Below are positions 38,131-51,345 of a stretch of DNA of 64,000 bases, piece by piece. How positions within the stretch are numbered: the first letter of the stretch is position 1; each line of letters starts with the position of its first letter. Under the pieces are notes generated by a model that did no database searches, was not told where the DNA came from, and saw only the letters and a program-made list of their open reading frames with translations. A program made the translations under genes and the position numbers. The DNA comes from Mobula hypostoma (lineage: Eukaryota): assembly GCF_963921235.1 (NCBI RefSeq), contig NC_086097.1:117492001-117556000 (forward strand), in the 5' to 3' direction.

Positions 38131-38774
38131 TCAAAAGGCGGGAGAAGGAGATGGCAGCGGGACGCAGCGCCCACAGCTCTTCGGCGAAATGATATTGTAT
38201 CTATTAAGTAGGGGCTGTGGACAATTCTGATTTGATGGAGACAGACGTGAAAGCACAGAGGAACATCTGGAGAAATTTCTGAAATGCCGGTTCACTGCCG
38301 CTGCTACTGTGCGATCGAGAATCTTCCGGAGGGAAGGCCCCAAAATCCCCCGCTTTGCCTGCTGCTGGCGACCGAGACTGAGATCGGAGAGTTCGGATAG
38401 AGATGGTGCTCGGTACTCGGTGTCAGAGGGCTGATCGGAGCTCGAAGTTTTCGGATGACTCAGAGTCGGACTGTGGTCGGGCATGGCATGGAGAATTTTC
38501 TTCCTTCTCCCGTCTGCGTAAGATGTGGGACTTTCGAGAGACTTTGATCTTTTTTACTGTGCCATGGCCTGTTCTTCATCAAGTTATAGTATTGTTGCAC
38601 TGTTGTAACTATATGTTATAATTATGTGATTTTTGTTAGTTTTTCAGTCTTGGTCTGTCCTGTGTTTCTGTGATATCACACCGGAGGAATATTGTATCAT
38701 TTCTTAATGCATGCAGTCCTCTTTGTCATTTAGTAATGCATGCATTAAGAAATGACACAATCTAATCTAATCTT
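38131..38774 (+). mobile_element. (TCTAA)n-tailed non-autonomous retroposon
   Basis: Homologous to 6374-7014 over its length. Confidence 0.88.
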
Positions 38775-39224
38775 AAATCAGGTCTTGGTGTAGAATTGCT
38801 CAGTTTCATTCTCCAAAGTTATTAACAGTAAATTCTACCAACAATCAAACCTCCTGAATAGGATGGGGCCACTGTGGGTAATTTTGAATACAAAGTTATT
38901 CCTTTCTTTTGTTGCTTTGGTGGGAATGCTTATTAAGGATTTAAAGATTTGCCCTGTGAATTTTGAACATACAGCAAAATGCTTCATTTGCATCAAATCA
39001 AATCAGCTGTGATCGTGTTAGACAGCCAGTAAGTATCACCGCACTCTGGGCACCAACGTATCATGCCCGCAACTCACTAACACTAACCTGTATGTCTTTG
39101 GAATTTGGGAGGATCTTGTATGTGCTATTTCTTTGAACTATCCATTAACAAAGGAGAGTGGGAATTTCATGAAAAAAAAGCTGTGCGAGGTTACTGAAAT
39201 TAAGTTAATTATTAAGTTTTGTAA

Positions 39225-40330
39225 AGGTTCAAAATAAATTTATTATCAAAGTATGTAAATGTCACAATATACAACCCTGTGATTCATTTCCCTCCAACCA
39301 TTTACATTAGAACAAAAAAAATACAATAGACTTAATGAAAAAACTACACACAAAGATGGACAAACAGCCAATGTGCAAAATAAAGCACACTGTGCAAAGA
39401 CAAACCGAATGTAATAAATCAATAATACAGAGGACATGAATTGTCGAGTGCTTGAAAGTCAGTCCATAGGTTGTAGAGTTAGTTCAATGTTGAGGTGAGA
39501 GAAATAATCCACACTTGTTTAGGAGCCGGATGGTTGAAGGGTAATAACTGTTCCTGAACCTGATGGTGTGGGGCTCCTGAACCTTCTTCCTGATGGCAGT
39601 AGCAAAAAGAGAGATTTAGATTATGAAGACATGTAGTCCTCTTTTATTGTCATTTAGTAATGCATGCATTAAGAAATGATACATTATTTCCTCCGGTGTG
39701 ATATCACAAAACACAGGACAGACCAAGAGGGAAAAAACTGACAAAACCACATAATTATAACATATAGTTACAAACAGTGCAACAGTATCATAACTTGATG
39801 AAGAAGTCCATGAGCACAGTAGAAGTTCAAAGTCTCTCAAATGTCCCACATCTCACGCAGATGGGAGAAGGAAGAAAAACTTTCCCTGCCATGCCGACCA
39901 CAGTCCGACTTTGAGTCATCCGAAAACTTCGAGCTCTGATCAGCTCTCCGACACCGAGTACTGAGCGCCATCTCTGTCCGAACATTTCAACCTCAACCTT
40001 GGTCACCAACAGCAGGCAAAGCCGGGGATTTTGAGGCCTACCCTCCGAAAGATTCCCAACCACGCAGTAACGACAGCAGCGAACGAGCATTTCAGAAATT
40101 TCTCCAGATGTTCCTCTGTGCTTTCACGTCCATTCTCCATCAAATCAGAATTTTCCACGGCCCCTATTTAACAGATATGATATCATCATCAGATGATGGG
40201 GGACCTGATGATGGATGCCACTTTCTTGTGGCAGAGCTCGTTATAGATGTGCCAAATGGTTGAAAGTGCTTTTCCTATGATGGACTGGGCTGTACCCAAC
40301 ACTTTTTGTAGGGTTTCCTATTCTTGGACA
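39225..40330 (-). mobile_element. Rex1/Babar-like 3' end interrupted at 39614-40185
   Basis: Same 3'UTR family as 25037 and 26160; coding remnant resumes ~40190. Confidence 0.75.
39614..40185 (-). mobile_element. (TCTAA)n-tailed non-autonomous retroposon, slightly 5'-truncated
   Basis: Reverse-complement homologue of the 6374 and 38131 copies. Confidence 0.88.
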
Positions 40331-40834
40331 TTGTTGAGCCTAACCCGCTTGGATTTCTGTTGGTCATCTCTTCTTTTCCTTCCGTAACCTTTTGTTCCTC
40401 ATCTTTGCTCATGGCCCTCAATTTCATATGCCGTAATATAGGTCCACTTGCATTACATCTCTGTAGATCCGGAAAAAACATCTGGCTAGATCCTGCACGA
40501 CATCTCCAGAGCAGTTGAGGCCGCTGGGCCATTGTTTCACTGTGCCATTACAAACTCGCACCACGTGAAAGGTTGCATTCTGGGCAACCACTCATTTTTT
40601 TGCTCGCTATTTACTTACTTTAGTTTTAAAAGTAAACTACATTAGCTCCCCTTGAACAGGTGGCCTTTGTGACCCCCTGCCTCCCCTTTTGAAGTAATAA
40701 TGGACACTCTGAAACGTTTGGCACCAGCGCTGTATGATGTGGAAGCAGTAAAACCTACTTAGCCAGCAATTTTGAAGCTGTGCCTGCAGCATGTGGCAGG
40801 TATAGTCTTACAGCCACAGAGAGAGAGTGAGAGA

Positions 40835-41525
40835 GTAATATAGCACAGAAACAGGCCCTTCAGCACAACATGTCCATCCTCACCAAGATGCCCATCCAAG
40901 CTAGTCCCATTTGCTTGCATTAGCCCGATATCCCCCTCAACTTTTCCAATCCATTCATCCGTTGAAACGCCTTTTAAATGGGTTGCAGCTTACAGTTAGT
41001 GCTTCTCTTTACCGCACCTGTTTCTCTGACCAGGGTCCCATTCTTGTTGCTGTCCGTCTCTGCGACGACATGGGTTTCTCCCAGATGGTCTGGTTTCCTG
41101 CCACATCCCAAAGATGAGCATTAGAGATATGATGTTGTGGGCATGTTACCTTGGCACCAGAAGCGTGGTAGCACTTGTGGCTGCCCAGCACAGTCTTCAG
41201 TGATTTGATTAGATGCAAATGACACGTTTCAATATTTTGATGTACATATGACAATAAAGCTAATTTAAATCTAAAAATAATGTTGTTATGGTACCTGGCT
41301 GAACCACCTCCTTCGGGAACTCAGTCCATGTATGCATGACCCGCTACATGAAGAAGTTACCGCTTTTAAATCTTCCCCCTCTTACCTTAAGCTTGTGTCC
41401 TCCAGTTCCTGATTGCCTAGCCATGGAAAACAAACTGTGCATTCTCCATACCTAGGGCTATAAGCTACAAAGAATTAAGTCTTAGCCCTTAGGTCCTGGC
41501 AATATTCTCATAGGTTTTCTTTGCA
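40835..41525 (-). mobile_element. Old CR1 3' end with a SINE-like insert (~40985-41275, +)
   Basis: AGCACAGAAACAGGCCCTTCAGC is the reverse CR1 3'UTR; insert has GGGTCCCATTC and ends ACAATAAAGCTAAT. Confidence 0.65.
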
Positions 41526-42941
41526 TTTGGGGATCCAGGGAAAAAGACAGAGGGAAGCAACGCAGAGACCAAAGCAAAAGTTAGAGAACAGGAAAGTCTG
41601 GATAGAGTACTGAAAAATCAAATGCAAAGGACACTAAGGTTACTAGATTCTATAAGGGCAATGAGCACAAGAACACTTTATCGGAATGCCTGTGTCAAGT
41701 TCAGTGAACTTGCGGCACAAATCAGTACAAGGGAGTATGATTTACAGAAATATGGTTGCAGGGTGCAGATGATTGGGACTTAGGTATGCAAGGGTATCAG
41801 GTTATATGGAAGTTAAGAAAGGTGAGAACAGGAAGTATTGATTAGGAACAGAAAGAGAAAAAGATAACAAATCACAAGTGTGAGTTGACCACAGATTGTC
41901 AAATAACAACATCACAGTGGTACAGAAAATAAATCAAGAAATATCTGATGCTTGTCAGAATGAGACAGTAATTGTCCTGGCAGATTTTATCTTGCACATA
42001 GATTGGGTGAATCAAGTTGGTCAAGGCAGTCTTGAGAAGCACTTCAGATAATACATCGGTGATAACTTCCTTGAACAGTATTTCCATGACTTACAAGGGA
42101 AAGTGCTACACTCATTCTTGTCAATGAGACAGGTAAAATTAATGGTCTTGGTGTTAGGGATCAGCTTGAAAAGAGTGATCACGGTATGACTGAACTTCTC
42201 ATACAATTCAAGTACAATATTTTGATCAATGTATTATGGCTAAACAAGGAAGATTACAACACGATGAGGGAGGAGTTGGCTAGCACAGTCTGGGAATGCA
42301 GACTATATTGTGGGATAGTTCAGGAACAGTGGAAAATTTTCAGAGAGACCTTTCACAGTGAAAACTTTAAAAAAACAACAAAGAACCACAATCAAGTATT
42401 AAGGAAGAGGAAGACAGATTATGAATGTAATCTCACATAAGATATGAAAACAGAAAGTAAGCATTGTTACTGTTATATCAAGCAGAAGCAGCTAAAGTGG
42501 ACATTGGTTGCTTGGAAGATGAGATGGGGCAATAAACATTGGATGTGGCATTGGCTGAGGCCTTGAATGCTGGAGGAAAATGTCTAACATGCTGAAGAGA
42601 GATGTAATGGATTTGATGGGAGATGAGTATCTTAACATAATTGCTGTCACTAAAGAGGAAGTGAAGAACAAACTACTGAAACTGAAGGTAGACCAGTCCC
42701 CTGGGCCTGATGAGATGCCTCCCAGGTTATCGAAAGAAATGGCAAGTTATAGTAGATATGCTTATGAAAAATTATTAAAATTCTTTGAACTCTGAGTGGG
42801 TCATGGCAAATTGGAAGACAGCGAGTGTCACACTACTGTTTAAAAAACAAGGTGTAAGCAAAAGGCAGGTAACTATAGGCCAGTTAATTTAAAGGCTGTA
42901 ATTGGGGAAAATGCTTTGAGCTATCAGTAAGGAAGAAATAT

Positions 42942-44924
42942 TTGTAATCAGAATCAGGTTTATTATCACCAGCGTGTGTTGTGAAATTTGTTAACAGCAG
43001 CAGCGGTTAAATGCAATACATAATATAGAAGCAATCAATCAATCAATCAATCAATCAATTACAGTATATGTATATTGAATAGATTAAAAATTATGCAAAA
43101 CAGAAATAATATATGTTTAAATAATAAGGTGGTGTTCACGGGTTCTGTGTCCATTTAAGAATCAGATGGCAGAGGGGAAGAAGCTGTTCTTGAATCGCTG
43201 AGTGTGTGCCTTCAGGTTTCTGTACCTCCTACTTGATGGTAACAGTGAGAAAAGGGCATACCCTGGGTGCTGGGGGTCCTTAATAATGGACACTGCCTTT
43301 CTGAGACACCGCTCCCTGAAGATATCCTGGGTACTTTGTAGGCTAGTACCCAAGATGGAACCGACAAAATTTACGACCCTCTGTGGTTTCTTTCAGTCCT
43401 GTACAGTAGTCCCCCCATACCAGAATGTCAGAATGCTCTCCACAGTACACCTAGGGAAGTTTTTGAGTGTTTTTGTTGACAAACCAAATCTCTTCAAACT
43501 CCTAATGAAGTATGGTCACTATCTTGCCTTCTTTATAACTGCATTGATATGTTGGGACCAGGTTAGATCCTCAGAGATCTTGGCACACAGGAACTTAAAG
43601 CTGTTCCCTCTCTCCAATCTGATCCCCCTATGAGGATTGGTATGTCTTCCCCAGTCTTACCCTTCCTGAAGTCCACAAGCAGCTTTTTCGTCATACTGAC
43701 ATTGAGTACCAGGTTGTTGCTGCAACACCGCTCCACTAGCTGGTATATCTCACTCATGTACACCCTCTCATCTCCATCTGAGATTCTACCAACAATGATT
43801 GTAACATCAGCAAATTTATAGATGGTATTTGAGCTATGCCTAGCCACACAGTCATGTGTATATAGGGAGTAGAGCAGTGGGCTAAGCACACACCCCTGAG
43901 GTGCACCAGTGTCGATTGTCAGCGAGGAGGATATGTTATCACCAATCCACACAGACTGTGGTCTTCCGGTTAGGAAGTTGAGGATCCAATTGCAGAGAGA
44001 GGTACAGGGGCCCAGGTTCTGTAAGTCATCAATCAGGGTTGTGGGAATGATGGTGTTAAATGCTGAGCTATAGTCGATGAACAGCATCCTTATATAGGTG
44101 TTTGTATTGTCCAGGTGGTCTAAGGCTGTGTGAAAGGCTAATGAGGTTGCATCTGCCGTTGACCTATCATGGTGATAGGCAAATTGCAATAGGTCCTGGT
44201 TCTTGCAAGGCAGGAGTTCAATCTAGTTATAACCATCTTCTCAAAACATTTCATCACTGTCGATGTGAGTGCTTTTGGGTGATAGTCATTAAGGCAGCTC
44301 AGATTATTCTTCTTAGACACTGTACAATTGTTGCCTTTTTGAAACAAGTGGGAACTTCTGCCTGTAGCATTGAAAGGTTCAAAATGTCCTTGAATAATCC
44401 CAACAGCTGGTTGGCACAGGTTTTCAAAGACTTACCAGGTACTCCATCAGGACCTTCCGCCTTGAGACGGTGCACCCTCTTTAAAGACAGCACAACATCG
44501 GCCTCTAAGACAGAGATCACTGGGTCATCAGGCACTGCAGGGATCTTCACAGTTGTAGTTATATTCTCCCTTTCAAAGCGTGCATAGAAGGCGTTGAGTT
44601 CATCTAGTAGTGAAGCATTGCTGCCATTCATACTATTGAGTTTCGCTTTGTAGGAAGTAATGTCTTGCAAACCCTGCCAGAGTTGTCGTACATCTGATGT
44701 TGCCTCTAACCTTGTTCGAAATCATCTCTTCGCCTTTGAAATAGTCTTCCACAAGTCATACCTGGTTTTCTGGTACAGACCTGAGTCGTCACACTTGAAT
44801 GGCACAGATCTAACCTTCAGCAGATGATGTACCTCCTGGTTCATCCACGGCTTTTGATTTGGAAATGTACAGTAGTTCTTTGTAGGCACACACTCATTCA
44901 CACAGGTTTTAATGAAGTCGGTTA
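42942..44924 (-). mobile_element. Rex1/Babar LINE, 5'-truncated, with RT
   Basis: [65 protein letters not shown]; tail CCTGATTCTGATT. Confidence 0.93.
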
Positions 44925-44942
44925 GCTGGATAAAAATGGTTC

Positions 44943-47526
44943 TGTAGTGTTCTCGTGCAGTGTGTTGAAACTCTGACTAAACACCAAGTTAAACCGGAGC
45001 CAATGAGGACAGAGTCGTAGTAAGGTTAACCATTTACTGTGCGCCCTTCCACATTAACATCGTATGGTGAAAACTGTTGATAAAAAAATACAAACATATA
45101 CAATGTCTGTTTCATTCTGGAGACCACACGCTCTCTCTTCTTTTAGCGAGTGTAGCAGGCGAGGAGGTCCCATCAAACCGCCGCCGGGCCCAAGCCCACC
45201 ACACATTTGAAATTGAAAAGCTGACACGCGCGCCACCCAAACTGCCACTTCCTTTAACAGAAACCGCGTTAATATTTTTACTTCAAATACTTCCTTATGA
45301 ACTTACGGCGTTGCTTCTATAATGTTTCTTTGTGGGTAGACACGGAGCTCTTCACGATCATGTTGCACGTATGGCACCCACCTTCACACCTTCTCCGAAC
45401 CGGAGGTTACACATAAGACGCGGCGAAACCGGAGGTGACGTCAAAACATGCCGCGATATACCATAGGCAATGAATTTACCTTTGTTATACTGTAACTTAA
45501 TTATCAACCTTTAACTTTAACTAGAAAATAGTTACAAACAAATAATTTAAAATGTAGACCCAACAAAGTCAAATAAATGCCTTAAGGGCAATACATTCCC
45601 TGCCTGACCTTTGTAAGGTCACTAAAAACATGGTATAGAACTTTAGTCTCCAGATCAGTCTTTAGGTAGAAGTAGAACAACCTCTGTAACTGGTCTCAGG
45701 CTTCCTCTTCAGGGTTCGTTGTAAAGTTGTGAACCGGTTGACTGCCTGCTCTTTGTTGTTTGCCAGGCGCTGGCACGGTACTCTGAATGGTAGTGGGGTG
45801 ACCCAGTTGTTCGCTTCGTCTCTACAGACCTTTGTGTTCATTATTTTTAAGGAGATGGCTTTTTCCACAGATGGAGCAAGTTTATTATCGTGCTTAGTTT
45901 GAGTGAAAACTGACTGTCCCAGTGTCTTCTCAGTTACTTTACTATGCCCGTGCCTTTGTTGTGCTTCCTTGATACACATAACACTTGTGGAGGGCTGAGA
46001 AATTGAATGGCGACCTCTCTCTAGCACGTTAGTCTTGAGCGTGTTAACTGTTGGTTTGTGTACGTTGCCAGGGCACACCTCTCCTATCACCACCCAGCCT
46101 AGATCCAGACGTTGGGTGAAGGGGGCGTTGTGTGGTCCATTGACCTGCTGCCTGACTTTGTGCACCCTAATAACATCACTTCCAAGTAGCAGGAGTATTT
46201 CTGCTTCTAGATCCAGTTCTGGGATGTGCTTGGAAATGTGGTGGAGATGGGGCTGGTGTAGAACTGCGCTTGGCGTCAGAATCTCGGTTCGGTTATCCTA
46301 GATCTCATTGCACTCTAGGAGTGGAGGGAGACTAATGACGACTTTGCCATTTGGCGACTCGAGCTGGAAGCCTTCTGCCTTCCTGCTATATGTTTCTGTG
46401 ATGCCAGAGCAAGTTCTAAGGTAGTATGGGAATGAATTACCCTTTTCGCTGAACAACTCAAAGAACTTTGGTCTCACTAGTGAGCAGTTGCTCTGGTCGT
46501 CCAGAATTACATAGGCTTTGATGGCCTTGTCTTTGGCTCTCTTAGGGTATACCTTAGTGAGGCAGATCTTTCATCATGAACGGCTCGACTGACCTGGACT
46601 GCAAACTTCTGTGCAGCTCAAGCTGACAATATTTGTATCAGAGTGATGCTCTCCCTCCTCGCCATCCTCTTGTGGGAGTGGAGGAGCCTTGGCAGTTTTC
46701 GGTGACGGGCCGGGATGCATGGCTCCATCGTGATTAGAGCTGTTACATTCTGAGTACTTTACGGGGAACGTACACTCTTTAGTGAGGTGGGAGGTAGAGG
46801 TACAGCACTTAAAACATATCCTTTCTTCCTTGAGAAGGTCCTTTCTTTCGTCAAAGGGTTTGTTTCGAAACATTCTGTGTTTTTGAGGGGGTAGGGTTTG
46901 TTGTGCAATTGACAATTCTTGCTAGGGTCATCGTTGATTGCGCAGACTTCGGTTTTATGCACTGAGACGGGTTTATTGATGACAAAATTGTTCGAAATGG
47001 GTTTAACTGGGTTGGTATGGGTTGTGGTGCTGCCTTAATTCATGAAGCTAGGGTCGTTTAGCCTCTTCGCCTCCTTGCACACAAGCCTACTAAGATACTT
47101 AAAGGGAGGGAATCGCCGCGGCCGAGCCCACCCCGCGTTTGAAATTGAAAAGCTGACACGTGCACCACCCAAACTGCCGCTTCCTTTAACAGAAACTGCG
47201 TTAATATTTTTACTTCAATTACTTTCTTATGAAATTACGGCGTTGCTTCTATAATGTTGCCTTGTGGGTAGACACAGAGCTCTTCACGATCATGCTGCAC
47301 GTATGGCACCCACCTTCACACCTTCCCAAACTGGAGGTTACACATAAGACGCGGCGAAACCGGAGGTGACGTCATCATATGCAGCAATACACCATAGACA
47401 ATGAATTTACCTTTGTTATACTGTAACTTAATTATCAACCTTTAACTTTAACTAGAAAATAGTTACAAACAAATCATTTAAAATGTAGACCCAACAAAGT
47501 CAAATAAATGCCTTAAGGGCAACACA
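44943..47526 (-). mobile_element. BEL/Pao LTR retrotransposon, internally deleted
   Basis: Perfect TSD GGTTC (44938-44942 and 47527-47531). Full 3' LTR 44943-45595, partial 5' LTR ~47110-47526, PPT GGCAGGGAA. Gag FPPF..EAKR.NDPSF and CFKCC..H..KEC; protease YVILDDQSNCSL; LGWVVIG; integrase end RPVTEVVLLL. Confidence 0.92.
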
Positions 47527-48413
47527 GGTTCCATCAGGCAGGCACACCATAGATTCAAGAAGGGCAGGATTCTGTTTGACAAGTGTACTGAATACCTTTG
47601 AAGATATAATGACCACAATGGATAGAGGGGAACAGATGGATGTTGTATACTGGATATACCAAAAGCATTGGATAAGAAGTCCCATAAAAGACTTATCTGG
47701 AAGATAAGGATGAATGGAGTTAAAGGTAATGTATAAGAATGAATCGAACAAATAGAAGGCAGAGAGTTGAGATAAAAGGGTGTTTCTCTTGTTCACAGTC
47801 TGATGAATGGAGTGCCCCATGGGCCGGTGCTGGGCCCGCAACTGTTCTCAATATGCATTCACGATTTGGAAGATGGAACTAAGTGTAGTATATCTAAATT
47901 TGCTTATGACACTGAACTGAATGGAAAAGAATAATGTGCAAAGCAGGTGGAGAGTCTGCAGAGAGATATAGATAGGTTAAACGAGTGGGCAAGGGACAAT
48001 GTTGGCAATTGTGAGGTCATCTACTTTAGAAGGTAAAAGAAAGTCAGATTATTATTTAAATGGTGAAAGATTGCAGCATGCTGTTGTGTAGAGGGATTTA
48101 GGAGTAATTGTGTATGAACTGAAAAAGGTTGGCTTACAAGTGCAACAGGTTATCAAGAAGGCAAATGGAGTGTTGGCCTTCATTGCTGTCAGATTGATTA
48201 AAGAATAGGGAGGATATGCTGCAACTGTACAAGGTACTGATGAGGCCCTCCTTACTGGAGGAAAGATAAAATATCTTTGGAGTCAATGCAGAGGAGGTTC
48301 AACAAGTTGATTCCCGAATGAAAGGGTTAGCCTATAAGGAGAGATTGAATCACCTGGGACTATGCTCAGCAGAATTCAGAAGAATGAGAGGGGATTATAT
48401 AGAAACACATACA

Positions 48414-48455
<42 letters not shown>

Positions 48456-48689
48456 TATAAGCTCTGACAGGGATAGATAAGACAGCAGAAGGAAAGTTGA
48501 ACTAGGGAACATAGCCTCAGGATTCGGGGGAATAGATTTAGGACAGAAATAAGGAGAAATTGCTTTTCCCAAAGAGTACTAAATCTGTGGAATTTTCTCA
48601 TCAGGGAAGCGGTTGTTTGACGATGAGATAGAGGCAGGTGGTCACCAATAGAATATTTATTTATATATCTTGATACTTTAAACCTGAGA

Positions 48690-48880
48690 TACAAAAAGAA
48701 AATACTGAAAGTATTCAGCAGAAAGAAGCATTTAATATTTCAGATCAAATGTCCTTGCCCTTGATCAATTTAAAACCTTAACTATTTTTCTCTCTCCATA
48801 GACACTACCTAAACTACTGCATATTTGCAGCAGTTTCAATTCTTATTTTGGGTTTCGGGCACTTGCAATTTCTTTTTGTT
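48690..48880. repeat. Decayed palindromic Penelope-like / MITE-like repeat
   Basis: AAATACTGAAAGTATTCAGCAG at left and complementary CTACTGCATATTTGCAGCAGTTT at right. Confidence 0.4.
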
Positions 48881-50320
48881 TTTGAGTTGCTACTGAATCT
48901 GAGGTTAAGTTTTCAGCTTTCATTTCCAAGATACAGCATTCAAGTGAGTAACAAAATGGGATACGATGCACTCAATGCCCTCACATGAATGTATTAAATG
49001 CCTTTCACTTCAGTGACTGTAATCTATTAGACTAATTAATAACCACATAGTTAAAGTTTTTTTCTTTTCTGAATATAAATCTTTCCTTCTGCACTCTAAA
49101 TCAACAGTGCTGATGTACATTGAAGGGAATTGTACAAAAACCGTCAGTGATGTTTTATGCATTAAAATCAAGCAATTAAACCAAGCTGCAGTGTTCCCAT
49201 AAAGACCTCACTTTGAATAGAATTGGCATAGCACTGTGCCTGGTAAACAAGTTGCATTTTAAATCAAACTACTGGCCAAGACAGTGGTACCTTCCCTTGT
49301 GCACAACGTAACTCAAATTTAATCAGTAGAGGGCAAGACTATTCACTATTCAGATACTCCTGTGCAATTCTCAAAAATACAAACACACTGAAATTATTGG
49401 CCTTTACACAGGACATACAAAACCAAGAAATGTTGTAACATGACAGATTTACATTACTTAAAAGCTTATCTTTATGAAAGATTGACATCTCTTGCCATGT
49501 ACTCACCTCTCCAAGTTTTAACTTCCTGGAGTAGCAATTTGGTCCTGTTAGTTACGAAATAGTAATCATAGCCACAAATTCTGCAATTTACCTCTCCCAA
49601 TGCCATAAACATATTGTATTGATGCAATCAGTTCACTGAAGAGAGGCTTGTTACATCAAGAAATTCCAAAGTTTTGCATATGTATGCACGGAGTGGGCAG
49701 ACAATTTTCCTGCGTGCAAATAATTTCTGTCCATTGCTTGAAGTTCTTGTAATCAGTAATGGACTGTATAAATTTGATTGCAGCAGTTCTAACTGAATTA
49801 TAAGAAAATTACAAAATTGCTGGGTGAAATCAAATATTAATAAGTTATCCTCAGAAAGCTGTGCCAAATTTTCAGACACGTTGATTTTCTTACACAGGTC
49901 AATACATGATGGCACATTATAGTTGCATGATTTGACGTGTATTTGTAAAGAGAACACTATCATGTCAATTTAGGTGTATTGACAGACAAACGTGTTTCAA
50001 ACCTGAAACTACTTATTCAACCAGAGATCCATGCTTCCTGGATATTCTGACCTTTAAATGGAGTTCTCAGAGGTTAGTAATTTTAAATAGAATCACTCAT
50101 CAGGAGAAGAGCAGGAATTGATGTCCATAAAGTAGGCTGTTTCTAGAAGCAAAGGGGCAGTAAACTAAAAGCAAAATACTGTGCTTTTATAGCACTGTGG
50201 CTCTGTAAGTTATGAATGCAAGTACTGAAATACTCAGCAGAGCAGTCAGCATTTGTAGGGGGAGGATGCAGAATTTTCTTCTTTTATTTCAGGAATAATT
50301 TATTTCTTCTTTTATTTCAG

Positions 50321-50740
50321 GTCTTTATTCTTTGGAACGTAGAAGGTTGAGGGGGGGACTTGATAGAGGTATTTAAAATTATGAGGGGGATAGATAGAGT
50401 TGACGTGGATAGGCTTTTTCCATTGACAGTGGGGGAGATGCAAACAAGAGGACATGAGTTGAGAGTTAAAGGGCAAAAGTTTAGGGGTAACATGAGGGGG
50501 ATCTTCTTTACTCAGAGAGTGGTAGCTGTGTGGAACGAGCTTCCAGCAGGAGTGGTTGAGGCAGGTTCGACGTTGTCATTTAAAGTTAAATTGGACAACT
50601 ATATGGACTGGAAAGGAATGGAGGGTTATGGGCTGAGTGCAGGTTGGTGGGACTAGGTGTGAGTAAGAGTTTGGCACGGACTAGTAGGGCCGAGATGGCC
50701 TGTTTCCGTGCTGTAATTGTTATATGGTTATATGGTTATA
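50321..50740 (+). mobile_element. CR1 3' end
   Basis: LERRRLRGDLIEVFKIMRGIDRVD..FFTQRVVAVWNELP; (TTATATGG)n tail. Confidence 0.92.
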
Positions 50741-50825
50741 ATACCGATCTAAATAACTGGCATAACTGATATAAACCTGGCTCCTCATTTCATAATTAAG
50801 ATCTAATTGCAGTTTGAGATGTCAC

Positions 50826-51345
50826 ATACAGCTAATGGCCACTTTATTAAGTACGTCGGTACACCTGCAAATAGCTAATCAGCCAATCATGTGGCAGTAA
50901 TCAATGCACAAAACCATGCAGATGGTCAATGGGTTCAGTTGCTCTTCAGCCCAAACATTAGACTGGGGGAGAAATATGATCTAAAGTGACTTTGACCACG
51001 GAATGATTGTTGGTGACAGGCCCGGTGGTCTGACTATCTCAAAAACTACTCATCTCTTGGAATTTTCAGACAATCCAGTCTCTACAGAGAATGGTGTGTA
51101 AACAAATGACAACCAGTGAGCTGTAGTTCTGTGGGCAGAAACATGATGAGGGAATGACAGAAGTCAGAGGAAAAAAGCCATACTGGTTCAGACTGACAGG
51201 AAGGTTGGTTACAGTAACCCAAATAACTACTGGTTATAACAGTGGTGTGCAGAAGGGCATCTCTGAATGAACAACATATTGAACCATGAACATACGTTCA
51301 GTGGCCACTTTAAAAGGTACCAGAGAGAGTGGCCACTGACTGTCG
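50826..51345 (+). mobile_element. Tc1-derived non-autonomous element
   Basis: TIR-like TGGCCACTTTATTAAGTAC; DFDHGMIVG.R motif; ends AGTGGCCACTGA. Confidence 0.82.

Larger units (their letters stand above)
41530..48625 (+). mobile_element. Old CR1 LINE split by Rex1/Babar and BEL/Pao insertions
   Basis: EN remnants; KVDQSPGPDEM.PR and GNYRPV before 42940; LDKNGS|IRQ spans the BEL insertion; RT remnants 47530-48625; (CA)n at 48406-48452. Confidence 0.82.

Noticed and set aside
40275..40532. 85-aa minus-strand ORF
   Set aside because: Runs into a LINE remnant, no recognisable motif; origin unresolved.
49628..49963. 111-aa ORF in unique DNA
   Set aside because: No recognisable domain; length is compatible with chance.
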